From Asterionella formosa (taxonomy: Eukaryota), in contig NKIB01012718.1 of assembly GCA_002256025.1 (NCBI GenBank), positions 1-64,000 of the forward strand: a DNA stretch of 64,000 nt. Reading direction: 5' to 3'. Position numbers and translations under genes: made by a program. Below the pieces are notes generated by a model that saw only the letters and a program-made list of their open reading frames with translations, made no database searches and was not told the origin of the DNA. Below are positions 49,600 to 62,429 of the stretch, in pieces. The number at the start of each line of letters is the position of its first letter. Position 1 is the stretch's first letter.

Positions 49600-49950
49600 A
49601 GAATCTAGTATGACCCACAACTGCAAGTGGCTGGAATAAACACAACATCTTCTAGTCCAGCCTGTTCAAATTGGTCCATTCTGGATGACTCCTGGTTAGT
49701 GACATTCATGCCAACATGATGTCCCTAGTAGTAGTGCAATAAAAACACACCTTGAACTCGGTCGGAATTGATTGCTGACCTTGCTGAAAAGGAGCGAACA
49801 CCAAAGGTAGCTAAAAGCAATGCAAGCTTCAGAATATTTTTTCGTAGTATGAAATTGAAACTACAAGACAAGTAATATAAGTCAGCCAGGGAAGACTGGG
49901 ATGGCAAGGCGATGGGGTTAGTGCAAGTCTTTTGGGAAAGAGGGTCGATT
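49600..49950 (+). mobile_element. Second short fragment of the Tc1/IS630-like transposase family
   Basis: Translates to GPFWMTP ... ELIADLAEK ... WDGKAMGLVQVFWERG, homologous to GWVGNSKGLLQVLWERG near 44700. Confidence 0.55.
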
Positions 49951-52399
49951 GAAATAACTCGATGGCAAGATGCACATGAAATCGTCAACCTTGATTCAAG
50001 ACTTCTGGCGCTGACATGCGGGGAAGGGTGGAAGTTTAAACTCTCTTCGATGAGAGTAGGATCAAAGTGGTGCAAATGATGTGATGTATTGCTGCAGGGT
50101 CAGTTTTGCACTATGTCGGGAAATGGGTGAAGACAGTGGAAATCTTGGGTTGTGCTGTTTGTGGCAGTGATGGCCACACTGAGGTGTGACTTAACTCCAT
50201 TGGATTCATCATTTCGATCATCAGATAATCAACATGCTTGTTTGAGCAGAAATCCATGGAATAATTTGTATCGCTTAGAATATTGGGGTTTTGTCCCATA
50301 TTTACTCGATTTGCCCGTTTATAAATCTTTTAGATTGGTATTGAACGCTGTTTCTTGGTGTGATTGTGACGATGTTGTTGTGCACTGCTTGTTCTGAGAA
50401 ATATACTTACTACCAGTTATGCACTCTGATTGACTTTCATATGGCTCCGGAATAGTGGATTCTTTAAAGTCATTGGGGACTCTTGGAATAATGAATTGTT
50501 TTGCCTGATTCTCTCCTTGAGAGTGGAATCGAATGCTGGTTCTTGTGCTTGTGTCGTTGTTTTTCGCTGCTGGTTCTGAGAAGAATATTTGCCTGCAATT
50601 GTGCGCTCTGCTGGAGTGTCCGGTGGGTCTGCTGGTATAGCAGGGTTGTTGACATCTATGTTGGCGCTTGGAATTGTGAATTCTTTTGCTCTATTATCCT
50701 CCTTTAGAATCGAAATGAACTCTGGATCTTAGTATTGTTGTTCTGCAAATATGATGTTGCGCTGCTTCTTCAAAGCGTTTTCTTTGACAATTTCTTTTGC
50801 CTGTGCCAATTTGGCAGCGAATGCTTCTTGTTTTGATGCCATTGCAAGGTCGACTTCATCACGATCATAGTTACTAGATGCATTAATATAGGCTACTTTA
50901 CACAATTTACCTGTTATTGAATTGCTTCCTTTCACTCCATTGGAAACTCTTTTTTGTGTGTACACTGTGGCGTTCGGTTTACCGGAAGCGTCGCAGTTGC
51001 CGGCGTTCGAATGCGCTTTCGCCATTGTGATTTTGGGTGTTCGGAGATTTTCCTCCAAAGGGAATCCGGAAAACTTGTAGCTTTGCTATCAGGGATTCCT
51101 TGCTGCTCTCTAATTGTACTAATATAGGCTTTATTATGCTTGCTTTTGTACTTAGTAGTAAAAAAGTGTCATGTTCCAGAAGCAATCAAATACCTTGTAA
51201 AAAAGATGAAGGCTCATATGCATTGATGCATGTGCCTTGGAATTCGATTACAAGCTTGTAATTAATCTCAATTGATTGAGTGTAGTGTGATGGTAAATAT
51301 TACATAAATTCATGTATGTTTGTATTTATATTAACAAGCAATATTCTCTATGGAATAATTATTATACATATTAGATGATGTATTGATATTATATGATCAG
51401 ATTGTCATTATAAGATGCATCACACAAATAAGATGTTTTCTTTTTGCAGACCTACCACAAGGAATAAATATATATATTTTAAAAAAACTTCTAACTAGGA
51501 ATAATGGGGAAAAAACCCCAATAAGATGCCTACTTCAGAAATATACTTTTTTATTACTACAGTATCAGCTTGGAGTTCATGAGGAAAAGTATGCGGTTAC
51601 ATCTCAAGGATATTGTTGTTCTAGATATGCGGTTAATTTTACTAGTGAATTTTAGGCATATGTTACACTACATTAATTTTATTAGTTTTTTTAATTAATT
51701 TAATCTGATTAATATGTTTTAACAGATTGAATACATATTACTAACTAATGTGTTGTAAACGAATGAATTTTATATAATGAGAAGCGGGAGTTGCAGGCCA
51801 GGTGGGCATGATGATGAATGCAGTGTAGTAATGACAATCTATGCAAATAAAATACTGTCAAATAATAAAATACCAAATGCAATTAAATAGATCTATGAAT
51901 AGAGAAAAAGAGGAACTGAAGCGCAATAGACTGACAAAATGCATCTTGTAATCACAAATGCAGATTGCAAAGGAGACATCATGGTTTCCCTGGCTGTATT
52001 GGATCCAAACACAGTGTCCTTCCATACCAAACCAAGATCCCTCCTGTATTGGGTATCTTCATCTGGGTTGTATGCCAATAAATGGAAAGTTCATCCATAT
52101 TTAATAAATGTTTGACCAGACAAAAGGCCCATATATTGTGCATATGAGATCTATTTCAGGGTTTGACCAGTTTCGCTTGGTAAATGATGTTTGCTTCATG
52201 TACTCTGCTTAGTGTCCTTTGTTAGTGCTGCATCAAGGCTATGCCTCAACAAATTGAAGGAAATGTGATTGATCTTATGAAACTAGAATTCTACATAGAC
52301 CACACTCAAAAGATTAAATTAAAATATGTTACACAAAGTGGCCACCATGCACTACTGATCAATTCATTCATCTAAAGATCAAATCACAAAGATCTTTCC

Positions 52400-54067
52400 T
52401 TACTTGCGATTGGCCTTGTAGTAGTTGATCAATCCATTGGTGGACGAATCATGAGAAGTGACTTTGTCTTCACCAGCAAGCTCAGGGTAGATAGTCTGAG
52501 CCAACTGCTTTCCAAGTTCCACACCCCACTGATCAAATGAGTTGATGTCCCAGATGGCCCCTTGGGTAAAAATCTTCATCTCGTAAATGGCAATCAACGA
52601 TCCCAACGTTCGAGGGGTCAGCTTTTGGAATAAAAAGGAGTTTGAAGGACGGTTGCCTTCAAAGACCTTGTGAGGGACGAGTGCCTCGAGAGCAGCATCG
52701 TCCATTTTGCCAATGAGCTCGGCACGGACTTTCTCCGCAGATTTACCAAAGGCCATGGCCTCGGTTTGGGCAAAGTAATTGGACAACAAGATTGGGTGAT
52801 GGTCAACAGGAGCATTAATAGTTTCGGTCACCTTGTTGTGCGTTTCAATTGGAGCTAAGAAATCGCAAGGAATCAACTTAGTTCCCTGGTGAATCAATTG
52901 GTAGAATGCATGTTGTCCATTGGTGCCAGGTTCTCCCCAAATAATTGGTCCAGTCTCGAACAGGACCTTTTCGCCCTGCTTGCTAATGTACTTTCCATTT
53001 GACTCCATGTCTCCCTGTTGGAAATATGCAGCAAAACGGTGCATGTACTGGTCATATGGAAGGATGGCAACGGTCTGTGCCTTGTAGAAGTTGTTATACC
53101 ACAAACCAATCAAAGCGAGGGTCAACGGCAAATTTTCCTTGGAATCAGCAGCCAAAAAGTGTTGATCAACGGCATGAGCACCCGCATGCATCTCCATCCA
53201 GTTGTCAAATCCAATGGACAGAGCAATTGGCGTTCCGATAGCGGACCAGAGAGAGTAACGTCCGCCTACCCAATCCCAGAAACCAAACATATTGTTAGTG
53301 TCGATACCGAATGCAGACACCCCTGCAGCGTTCGTGCTGAGAGCAGCAAAATGCTTGGCTACCGCCGATTCGTCTTGGTGGGCGTCAACAAGCCATTGTT
53401 TGGCAGTACCGGCGTTGGTCATGGTCTCCTGAGTAGTAAAGGTCTTGGATGCCACTAAAAAGAGGGTCGTTTCGGGGTCGACCAGTTTCAGGATCTCAGC
53501 CACATGAGTTCCATCAACGTTGGAACAGAAATGCATGTGAAGGTCGCGTTTGGAGTAGGGTTTCAGTGCCTCGCACACCATGACAGGACCAAGATCCGAT
53601 CCACCGATACCAATATTAACAATGGTGTTGATAGGCTTACCAGTGTGTCCCTTCCACTCTCCGCTGCGGACAGACTCGGTGAATGCCTTGATACGAGCCA
53701 AAGTTTCATTCACCGCAGGCATCACGTCCTCCCCATCGACAAAAATAGGAGTGTTTGACTGGTTACGAAGAGCAACATGTAGGACAGCGCGGCCTTCTGT
53801 CGAATTGATCTTCTCACCAGTGTACATGCGCTTGGCCATTCCCATGACATCTTGCTGGTCGGCAAGCTTATAAAGAAGATCCATGGTCTCCTCAGAGATG
53901 CGGTTCTTGGAGTAATCCAACAAAATGTCTTCAAACTTCATGCTGAACTTGTCGAAACGGTCCGGATCCGATGCGAATTGATCTTTCATCTGAACATCCT
54001 TCGTAGACTCGAAGTGGGCTTCAAGCGCCTTCCAGGCATTGGTAGTAGAAACATCGAGCTTGGTCAT
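52400..54067 (-). CDS. GPI: Glucose-6-phosphate isomerase, cytosolic, E. coli/animal-like type
   Basis: [51 protein letters not shown] and [10 protein letters not shown] motifs; no presequence. Confidence 0.95.
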   Translation of the reverse strand: MTKLDVSTTNAWKALEAHFESTKDVQMKDQFASDPDRFDKFSMKFEDILLDYSKNRISEETMDLLYKLADQQDVMGMAKRMYTGEKINSTEGRAVLHVALRNQSNTPIFVDGEDVMPAVNETLARIKAFTESVRSGEWKGHTGKPINTIVNIGIGGSDLGPVMVCEALKPYSKRDLHMHFCSNVDGTHVAEILKLVDPETTLFLVASKTFTTQETMTNAGTAKQWLVDAHQDESAVAKHFAALSTNAAGVSAFGIDTNNMFGFWDWVGGRYSLWSAIGTPIALSIGFDNWMEMHAGAHAVDQHFLAADSKENLPLTLALIGLWYNNFYKAQTVAILPYDQYMHRFAAYFQQGDMESNGKYISKQGEKVLFETGPIIWGEPGTNGQHAFYQLIHQGTKLIPCDFLAPIETHNKVTETINAPVDHHPILLSNYFAQTEAMAFGKSAEKVRAELIGKMDDAALEALVPHKVFEGNRPSNSFLFQKLTPRTLGSLIAIYEMKIFTQGAIWDINSFDQWGVELGKQLAQTIYPELAGEDKVTSHDSSTNGLINYYKANRK

Positions 54068-54699
54068 GGTGGTATAATATTGGTTTGTTCAAAGGTCTTG
54101 GTTTGTGTCCTCATTTTATCGTTAGTTTCGGTATTGCGAATCCTACATCAAAAGGAGCTACCGGTAGGCCGGTACGACAGACAATATCATAGGCAGATCT
54201 TCTTCTTGAAATGAGGGTAGACTACCAGGTACCTGGTACCAGTGACCAGGGGTACAAGATACCTGGTACCAGGTACCTGGTACCTGAAACAGAGTGTAGG
54301 CAGGATGCTGCGCGCTTAATGCAACGTTCTTTCCGGTCGTACGCACATGCACTGTTGCTTATGATCTGTCGTGCTATTTCTGAAAGATTTTCTTGGAGAC
54401 TGTACGTGCGTACGTGCTAGTGCACTGGAAGGTCCGGTAGCGCACGTTCTATGCGCACCTTTCAGTTTCGACGCACTCCTGCGTATGGATCATCTCATGC
54501 CTGGCAGACGAGATAGGCCAGCTTTCCATAAAAATAATATTCCTTAAGTAATATAAGGGAAATGTTACCGGGGTACTCTTATTGACCGATGACGATTTGC
54601 AGAATCAGTCTCTGAACACGAATCAGATTTGCTGACTGATTTACGTGTTCAGCAAACCGTCTTCTAGCTTTTGAATCAACATAGGAATCCTACCTTTCT

Positions 54700-54905
54700 A
54701 CATTTAGAACTTGCTGGCACCAACTGAATTTGCTGACAATTACTAAAATTTGCTGACAACAACAACTAGAACTTGCTGACAACAATGACTAGAACTTGCT
54801 AACAGCTACTTGAATTTGCTGACTACAACTAGAAACTGCTGACTAGTACGAATAGAAACTACTGACTAAAACTAGAAATTGATGACTACGACTAGAAGTT
54901 ATTGA
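54700..54905. repeat. Degenerate minisatellite, about 20-24 bp unit ACTAGAACTTGCTGACAAC/TAC
   Basis: Roughly nine diverged tandem copies are visible. Confidence 0.85.
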
Positions 54906-55957
54906 TTGGTGAATTCCATTAACAAACCCTCATCCAGTTGCTGAATACCATTACCAGCAGGAGTAGCTAGTAATGATTTCGAGTATCAGAAGATGACTTG
55001 GATTTAATGAATAATAATTTAACATTGAAGAAAGTTACTTAAGAGAGTTTGGAATGAAATGCCAGTCTATCTCGCCCAGTAGGCACGAGACGATCGCTTG
55101 GGAGTGAGTCGAAACTGAAAGGTGTGCATAGAATGTGCACTCCCAGTGCTTTGGAGAACCTGGTACCAGGTACTCAGAGTATCTGTTATAAATGGCTTTG
55201 AGCCACGTTATATTATACCGTTTTCCGCCTAAAATTCTAGATTTATGCTGAAATCGATCCCTTCTTTCACCCTTTGGCACGATATTAGTTAGTTCATTAA
55301 GCAACAGGAGATTTAGATCATTTTTATACCGGTACTTGAACATATATTTACCGAGATCTATCCAATTTAAGCAAAAGTGACAAAACTACTAGTCGAAGTG
55401 GCTCAAAGCCATTAATAAATTTTTTATCATACATGTAGTAATTTTTATAGGCAACTATTAGAAAATATTACATCGTTCACATGTTTTTTCGCAGTAGTTG
55501 CATCATTCTTAGACTGGTGGTGTTCCCATTTTATCTTGTTGGTTCCACCAAAGACTCCTCGCATTCTTTTCGCAGTAGTTGTTGTATTGCACCATATGGT
55601 AGTTTGCCATTCTTGTTAGGGAATGACGGCTTAAAGGTTTAGCACGTTGCCTTTGATCTGAGGTTGTGAGGTTTGATTTCCGCAATTTTTTTGAGAAGCA
55701 ATGGTTGGGTTCGACTCCCACACAACTCCTTACTGTCCCGCACGGTCTTGCCTGGTGTGCAAGAAATAGTGGGTTGCCCCCCTAGCTACCACAAGCAGCT
55801 TGTGCCGCCTTCCTAGATAGGCGGTCGGAGTTTCCCCTAATGCTGCGGCTAAGATGTCCTTTCGCGAAAGGTGGTTGGCGACTCATCTAGTAGCTAACAA
55901 AACCAGGGAAGCTCAGGTCCTGTCGGTAGGTAGCACAATGAATATTTGCCTAGCTCA

Positions 55958-57962
55958 TGCCTGCAAGTACACATGTACACGAGAAGGCTTGGAGCCACCA
56001 AGGAGGCCATTTTTGGTGAGGCAATTCACAATCCTTCCGCCATTCATTTACCTACTGCCCACTCATTGAGTGTAAATGTCAATTTTAGCTTGCTATAGCC
56101 CATCATATAATATCTTTTTGTATATTTCCTATCTTCACATCGAAATTTGCAATCAGTCTGAGCGATATTTCCCATCATTACAACATATCTTGTATATTTC
56201 ATAAATTACCATTTTGGCAATACAATTTACTCCAGTTGCCCCTCGGTTTTCCAGCCCTGGGATTGCCGAAATCGGCAAGGGGTACTATACATAAGGACAC
56301 AAATTTATATACTCCTCTACAGATGTAATTAAGATATATCTAGTAGTATTTACCTCCTTTTTGTTCGTCTCCTGAAAAGTTGCTGCAGCAATTCACCTTT
56401 CATCATGCCGATCATCGTCCATCATGATGCCCAGTCTGAAGCGAATTGAGATCATTGATGACACCTGCAGTGATTTGTCGTCAAACCGAGCGATGTGGCT
56501 GGTTGTTGGATTGCTCGTCTTCTCGTGGATTCATGTAATCGCATCGTTCATATTTCTTCGGATGAATGATGATATCGGTATATCTGATGTTGAGGGCAAT
56601 TTTGCACTGGTCATTGATGTTCTTAATGGATATTCTAGTCATGTAGCCTAGTACTTACATGTATGGTAAGACTAAAAAAACCATGCATGATTTAAGCTAA
56701 ACTTTACTCAGTACTTTGAACACATTATAAAATTTATGCTGTGGACTTGATATTATCTTTACGAGACCAGAAAGTTAAACTAGCTATATCCTCCACATAG
56801 CTAGTAGCTATTCATTCTTGATTTCGCGTATTCCCCATTTCGCAATCACAATTATAATTCTCATTTGATGCTGTCTTCCGTTGCTCAATTCGGGCTTGCA
56901 TCAGGGACCTTTGGACTTTCGATTGATCTCATCATCTGCTGCTTCTTGTTATGATAATCAGAGCGGATTGGATTGGTGAGTAGCTCTAACAGTGAAACAT
57001 TGCATGTGGAATGTAGATACTAATTGTCAAATTTGCGATTTGATTGCTTCCATTTTCCATTTTGATCCCTTCTGTCTTTGTTTGTTCTTGTTCCGTTCTG
57101 TCGTTTTGGTTTGATTGTATCTATCTGCACAAGGGCCAATGTATGTATCAATGCCTAATCTTTGGAGATGTATTGTTGTTGATCTTATTTGTTGATTTGT
57201 ATAATCATTGACTATTATGTCAATATTGCCGCCAAGCAATGCTTTTGTTGTACTAATGCACATTGCTACCTTGCTACTCAGAGCTCATATCATAAGCTAT
57301 GTATCAATATTCAGCTAGAGGGAGTCGATTGTGGAGCAGCCTAGCAATCACGCTCGCTCAGAATGGAATGATCAGGGTTGTTTGGTGCGAGGAACGATGG
57401 TGGGCGGAAGGAGGACTGCTACTTAGCTATGTCAGGCTACAGCTATTTTCATGGTTCCAGCAACAAGATTATCTTCACTACATACTAATGAAACAGATCT
57501 CAATTGGGTTCAGCTTTTTTCCGCTTTTCTGTATTATTTTGCTCTTCGATTGTGTGATGGAACAAGGTCAATGTTGCCTGTGTAAGTACTAAAATGCATA
57601 CATCTCCACCGAAACTCATGTCTTTTACTTCATTTCTAACCCAAAACAATTTTTTCGATTTCTCATTTGACGCTACTTATTACATAGCATATCATACATT
57701 GGTTGCTCCAAACATCATGTTCAATTTTCATTGATATTGTATGTTAAAATCATTCTCATGTGTTGGATGCTTGTTTTACCATTTTTATGTAAATTACCGT
57801 TATTCTTGCTATATGCTAAAATCGGCAATTTTCATGCCGAAAATTCGATGTACCCATATTGCCCCTACATTAATAACAATTACTTAAGAAATTACTCAGA
57901 CCTAAAATTTACTTAGAAGTAACCGACAGGCACGACAATGGCTGGAGCGGGACTTTCCTGAA
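55958..57962 (+). repeat. Dispersed repeat family X, copy 2
   Basis: Colinear with copies 1 and 3. Confidence 0.9.
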
Positions 57963-58097
57963 GGCAAAACATGCTCAAGGTGGTCTCTTGCCTGTGCGTA
58001 GCTATACATGTGTTCGAGGCTGTTTGGCGCAAGTAGGTTGACTGTACAAGTGGCGCCTCCGGCACTGCGAGAAGGTCACCCTATGAGTACCAATACA

Positions 58098-60070
58098 GCC
58101 GAGTACACATGTATACGAGAAGGTAAGTAGCCGCCAAGAAGGGTATTGTTGAGGCAATTCACAAACTAGCTATCATCGTGCCATTTGGCTGCTTACCTAA
58201 TACTGCCCACTCATTGAGCGTAAATGTCATTTTTAGCTTGCTAGTATAGCCCATCATATAAAACATATTTTGTATATTTCCTATCTTCACATAAAATCTT
58301 GCCAAAGGTTCGATATTGACCAACATTAGAATATATTTTGAATATTTCATTTGTTAGCATTCTGGCAAGAAAACTGACGCCAATTGCCCCATGGTTTTCC
58401 AGCCCTGGGATTGCCGAAATCGGCAAGGGTTATACTTGAGGAAACCATTTTCTGTAATATACAGATTTTAACAATTTATATCTAGAATTCACCTCCTTTT
58501 TGTTTGTCACCTGAAAAGTGGACTCCGGCAATTCACCTTGCACCATGCCGATCATCGTCCATTATGCCCAGTCTGAAGCGAAATGAGTTCATCGATGATG
58601 CCAGTAGCAATTCGTTGTCAAAGGGATGCGGTTGTTTGTTGGCTTGCTTGTTTTCTCGAGGGATTCATGTAGTTGCATTGTCCATATTTCGTTGGACAAA
58701 TGATGATATTGATACATCTGATGTTGGCGGCGAGGTTTTGTTCCGGTCATGTATGTGATGCTTAACTGACATTCTAGTAATTTAGCCTACATACGTACAT
58801 AGTACTCAAAACAACCATGCATGGTTTAAGCTAAACTTTAACGCTTCAATGCATCGTTATAACATGCATGCTGTAGACTTGGTATTATTTTTACAAGACT
58901 GGTATGTTAAATTATTTGCTTTCACATATTCATAAAATTGTAAAAAGATTTCATCCTTCACAATTAAAATAAAACCCATTATCCTGCCTGCCATTGCTCA
59001 ATTCAGGCTTGCACCAGGAACTTTCGACTTTCTTATGAGCAAATCTTCTGCTGCGTGTTACGCTTGTTAGAGCGGGTTGGTGAGTACAACATTTAAACAT
59101 TTCATGGGGAATGTAGATACTAATTGTCAAATTTGAGATTTGATTGCTTCCATGGTCTGTTTTGATCGCTTCCATCTTTGTTTGTTGTTCCGCACTGTCA
59201 TTTTGATTCGATTGTAACTATCAGCACAAGGGCCAATGTATGTATCAATGCCTACTCTTTGAAGACCATGCTGTATCGTTGTTGAACTTATTTGTTGATT
59301 TGTATAGGCGTTGACCATGATTTCAATATTGCCGCCAAGCAATTCTTTTCTTGTACTAACGCGCTTTGCTACCTTTCTACTACGAGTTCGTATCACAAGC
59401 TATGTAACAATACTCAGCTAGTAGGGGGAGTTGATGGTGCTGGAGCAGCCCGGCAATCACGCTCGCTCAGAATGGAATGATCAGGGTTGTTTGGTGGGAG
59501 GAATGCCTGTAGCAGAAAGACTGCTACTGGTGTCAGGCTACTACAGCGCTGTTCATGGTTGTAGCAACCAGATCATCTATGCTACATAACGATGCAGGTC
59601 TAAATTGGGTTCAGCTTTTTTTCTTATTTTTTCGGTTTTGGATTGTGTGGTGATGGAAAGTCAATGTTGCCTGTGTAAATACAACAATGTCACAATGCAT
59701 ATGTCTCCATTGAAACTCCTATTTTTGCTTCATTTCTAACCCAAAACAATTTTTTCTATTTCTCATTGATGCTACTTATTACATCATCGCATTTCATAAT
59801 TTGGTTACTCCATACATCATTTTTTTTCAATTTTCATTGATGTTCCATGCTTCAATCATTTTCATGTGTTGGATGCTTGTCTTACCATTTCTATGTTAAT
59901 TACCATAATTCTTGCTGTCATGCTAAAATCGGCAATTTTCATGCCGAAAAATTCGATTTACCCTGTATTGCCCCTTCATTAACAACAATTACTTAAGAAT
60001 TTACTTAAAGCTTAAAAATTACTTAGAAGTACCCGACTGGCAAGACGATGTATAGAGCGGGAATTCCTGA
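58098..60070 (+). repeat. Dispersed repeat family X, copy 3, tandem to copy 2
   Basis: Colinear with copies 1 and 2; appears closer to copy 1. Confidence 0.9.
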
Positions 60071-60355
60071 ACAGTGAACAGTTGTGAGCAAAAAGTACGC
60101 AGGATGTAGCCTATTAATCCTAATAATTAATATATATTGGAAAATATCAGATCTCCTGGATTGCAATGCCTTTCGCTCCGACGAAGGCTGTTAATTCAAT
60201 ATCGTTGAATTACTTGCCAATCCCGCACTCTCCCTTGTTTTATGAGTGACTTTATTGACTACAATAAAGTCTTTATTGACTACAATAAAGTCAAGAGTGC
60301 CGCCAATTGATCAACAGTACCTTTTAATTGAATTTTCAACAGGAACAGACCAGAA

Positions 60356-62203
60356 ATGCTAGCAAGATCCTCCTTTCGGCCGAATCGTGCCCTTGGTCGT
60401 CTCATGCAACAATCCTTTGTCAGCCAACGACAGTCTTCTTCGCTATTAGTCAAAAAAACAACCATCACTCGAACAAAAGATCTTCCTACTTTTTATCTTC
60501 CAGTGAGAATAGCAGCAAGTCAGTCGGATTGGAACGACGACAAGAGCACAAAAGTCACTGGCACTTCGTTCATCCCAGCACCGCGGCCTCCGTACAGTGA
60601 TCCTAGAGCCTGCTCTGGCGTCTCTAAGATTCTGGAAGATTTTGAATCCAGAGAGCGAACGAGACAAGTGACAAGCAACGACACGAATTCGAGGCACGAA
60701 CGCGAGCGGCGACTCCGAGCCGGACTAGCACTGTTTCAAGCGCTGGCTCGTGAGGGCCACCAGAAACGATACTTTTCGTCTTCAGATGACAAGAAATCGC
60801 CGCTACCAAAAACTGAAAAGGATTTTGAGGACTACCTCACAGGAAAAATAGAAGGGGAACCCTCGCTTGAAGCTTCAATTCGCAGCAAAGTCATGTATTC
60901 CCAACAGCAACAAGAAAACATTGTCCTACCTACCGACCAGAAGATCACCGACACAATTGAATCGTATGGAACAACCACTAGGGACAACCAAGTAATAAGA
61001 ATGGCTAAGAATCGTGCCAAGACGGTGTATAATGTCCGACGAGCCCTGATTGGCAACGTCTTCATTGCCGCAGCAAAGTTTGCTGCGTGGATCAGTTCGG
61101 GGTCGTCAAGCATGCTGTCGGAATTTGTGCATTCCTTGGTTGATTGTGGAAATCAAGCCTTGTTATTGATTGGTTTGTGGGACTCTAGCAACGTTGCCGA
61201 TCGGGCCCATCCTTATGGATACGGAAAATCCGTTTACTTTTGGGCCCTAGTTAGCGCGTTGGGGACGTTCTTTCTTGGGGCTGGTGTCTCGGGGACAGCG
61301 GCGATTGGAGAATTATTGAATCCTTCGTTTCATGCTGTTACCTGGCAAGTATGGGCTGTGCTTCTCTTTTCCTTATCTGTCGACGGTTACATTATTTCAA
61401 AGACGTTGGCGGAACTCATGGAGGAGAAACCACAAGGAGTGACCTTGTTAACCTACATTAGGAACCTTCGAGATCCGGCAACCTTGGCTATTTTATTGGA
61501 GGATGGAGCGGCTTGTTTTGGTGTGATTCTGGCGTCGTTTGGTATTGCCTTGACACATGCAACGGGTATGCCCATTTTTGATGGTTTAGCGGGAGTTGGG
61601 ATATCTGGCCTGTTGGCCACAATGGGAATTGTTTTGGTGCGAGTCAATCATCGATTCTTGTTGGGTCACTCTGTCGACAGTGAGATAACCAAGGAAATTG
61701 AAAAGATTTTGCTTGGCCGAAGAAGTATTGACCATGTGCATTCTGTCCAAAGTCAATGGACTGGACCAGAAACATTTTCTTACAAGGCGGAAGTTGATTT
61801 TGATGGGACCTATTTGGCAGCCAAGCTTATGCCTCGGTACCAAATAGAGTTTTTAGAAGTAAAGGACACATTAGATCAAGATCTACGGGTGCTGCTGAGC
61901 TGGTACGCCGAGGATGTCATGCGAACTGTCGAAAGAGAAGTACGGAGTATTGAAAATGACATTCGGAAGGTTTATCCAGGTGCTGAGTATATCGAACTGG
62001 AACCAATGAGCAAGGATTCCGATCGCTTTGCCATTGATGACGGTATGAAGGCCCAGCTCCGAAGAATTGAAATCGAGGCTCTGAATCGATATCTCAAGTC
62101 CCTCTACCATACCAAGAAAAAAGATGGAAATGTACATTCTACGACCGGAACTGCAAAAAAGCCAGTGACTGCTAGCGAACACAAATTTGACCCAAAGAAG
62201 TAG
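60356..62203 (+). CDS. Cation diffusion facilitator, ZnT9/SLC30A9-like, with a probable mitochondrial presequence
   Basis: SSSMLSEFVHSLVDCGNQALL, HPYGYG, AILLEDGAA and YKAEVDFDG motifs; Arg/Ser-rich N-terminus lacking acidic residues. Confidence 0.88.
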   Translation: MLARSSFRPNRALGRLMQQSFVSQRQSSSLLVKKTTITRTKDLPTFYLPVRIAASQSDWNDDKSTKVTGTSFIPAPRPPYSDPRACSGVSKILEDFESRERTRQVTSNDTNSRHERERRLRAGLALFQALAREGHQKRYFSSSDDKKSPLPKTEKDFEDYLTGKIEGEPSLEASIRSKVMYSQQQQENIVLPTDQKITDTIESYGTTTRDNQVIRMAKNRAKTVYNVRRALIGNVFIAAAKFAAWISSGSSSMLSEFVHSLVDCGNQALLLIGLWDSSNVADRAHPYGYGKSVYFWALVSALGTFFLGAGVSGTAAIGELLNPSFHAVTWQVWAVLLFSLSVDGYIISKTLAELMEEKPQGVTLLTYIRNLRDPATLAILLEDGAACFGVILASFGIALTHATGMPIFDGLAGVGISGLLATMGIVLVRVNHRFLLGHSVDSEITKEIEKILLGRRSIDHVHSVQSQWTGPETFSYKAEVDFDGTYLAAKLMPRYQIEFLEVKDTLDQDLRVLLSWYAEDVMRTVEREVRSIENDIRKVYPGAEYIELEPMSKDSDRFAIDDGMKAQLRRIEIEALNRYLKSLYHTKKKDGNVHSTTGTAKKPVTASEHKFDPKK

Positions 62204-62429
62204 CTAACCCCTCCCCCCTCTCTTCATGGAATCACATCAATCATCCTCACACTAAAGTACTAAGCGAGCTCTATTCAACCGAGCCACAGTTTACCGAGGG
62301 ATGTTTTTACGCAGTTTATCTCTTGCATAGAAAATACTTCTTTAACTTTTGTTCCATTAGCATCCTAGAAATATCGATTAAATGATTGTTATACCATAAA
62401 GGGGTCTGATACTGATGGAGTTTTACCTC

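Noticed and set aside
50729..51185. Possible gag or host-gene fragment
   Set aside because: No diagnostic motif, so it cannot be assigned.
54700..54905. Possible CRISPR-like array
   Set aside because: Units are contiguous and degenerate with no unique spacers; there are no cas genes and the context is eukaryotic.
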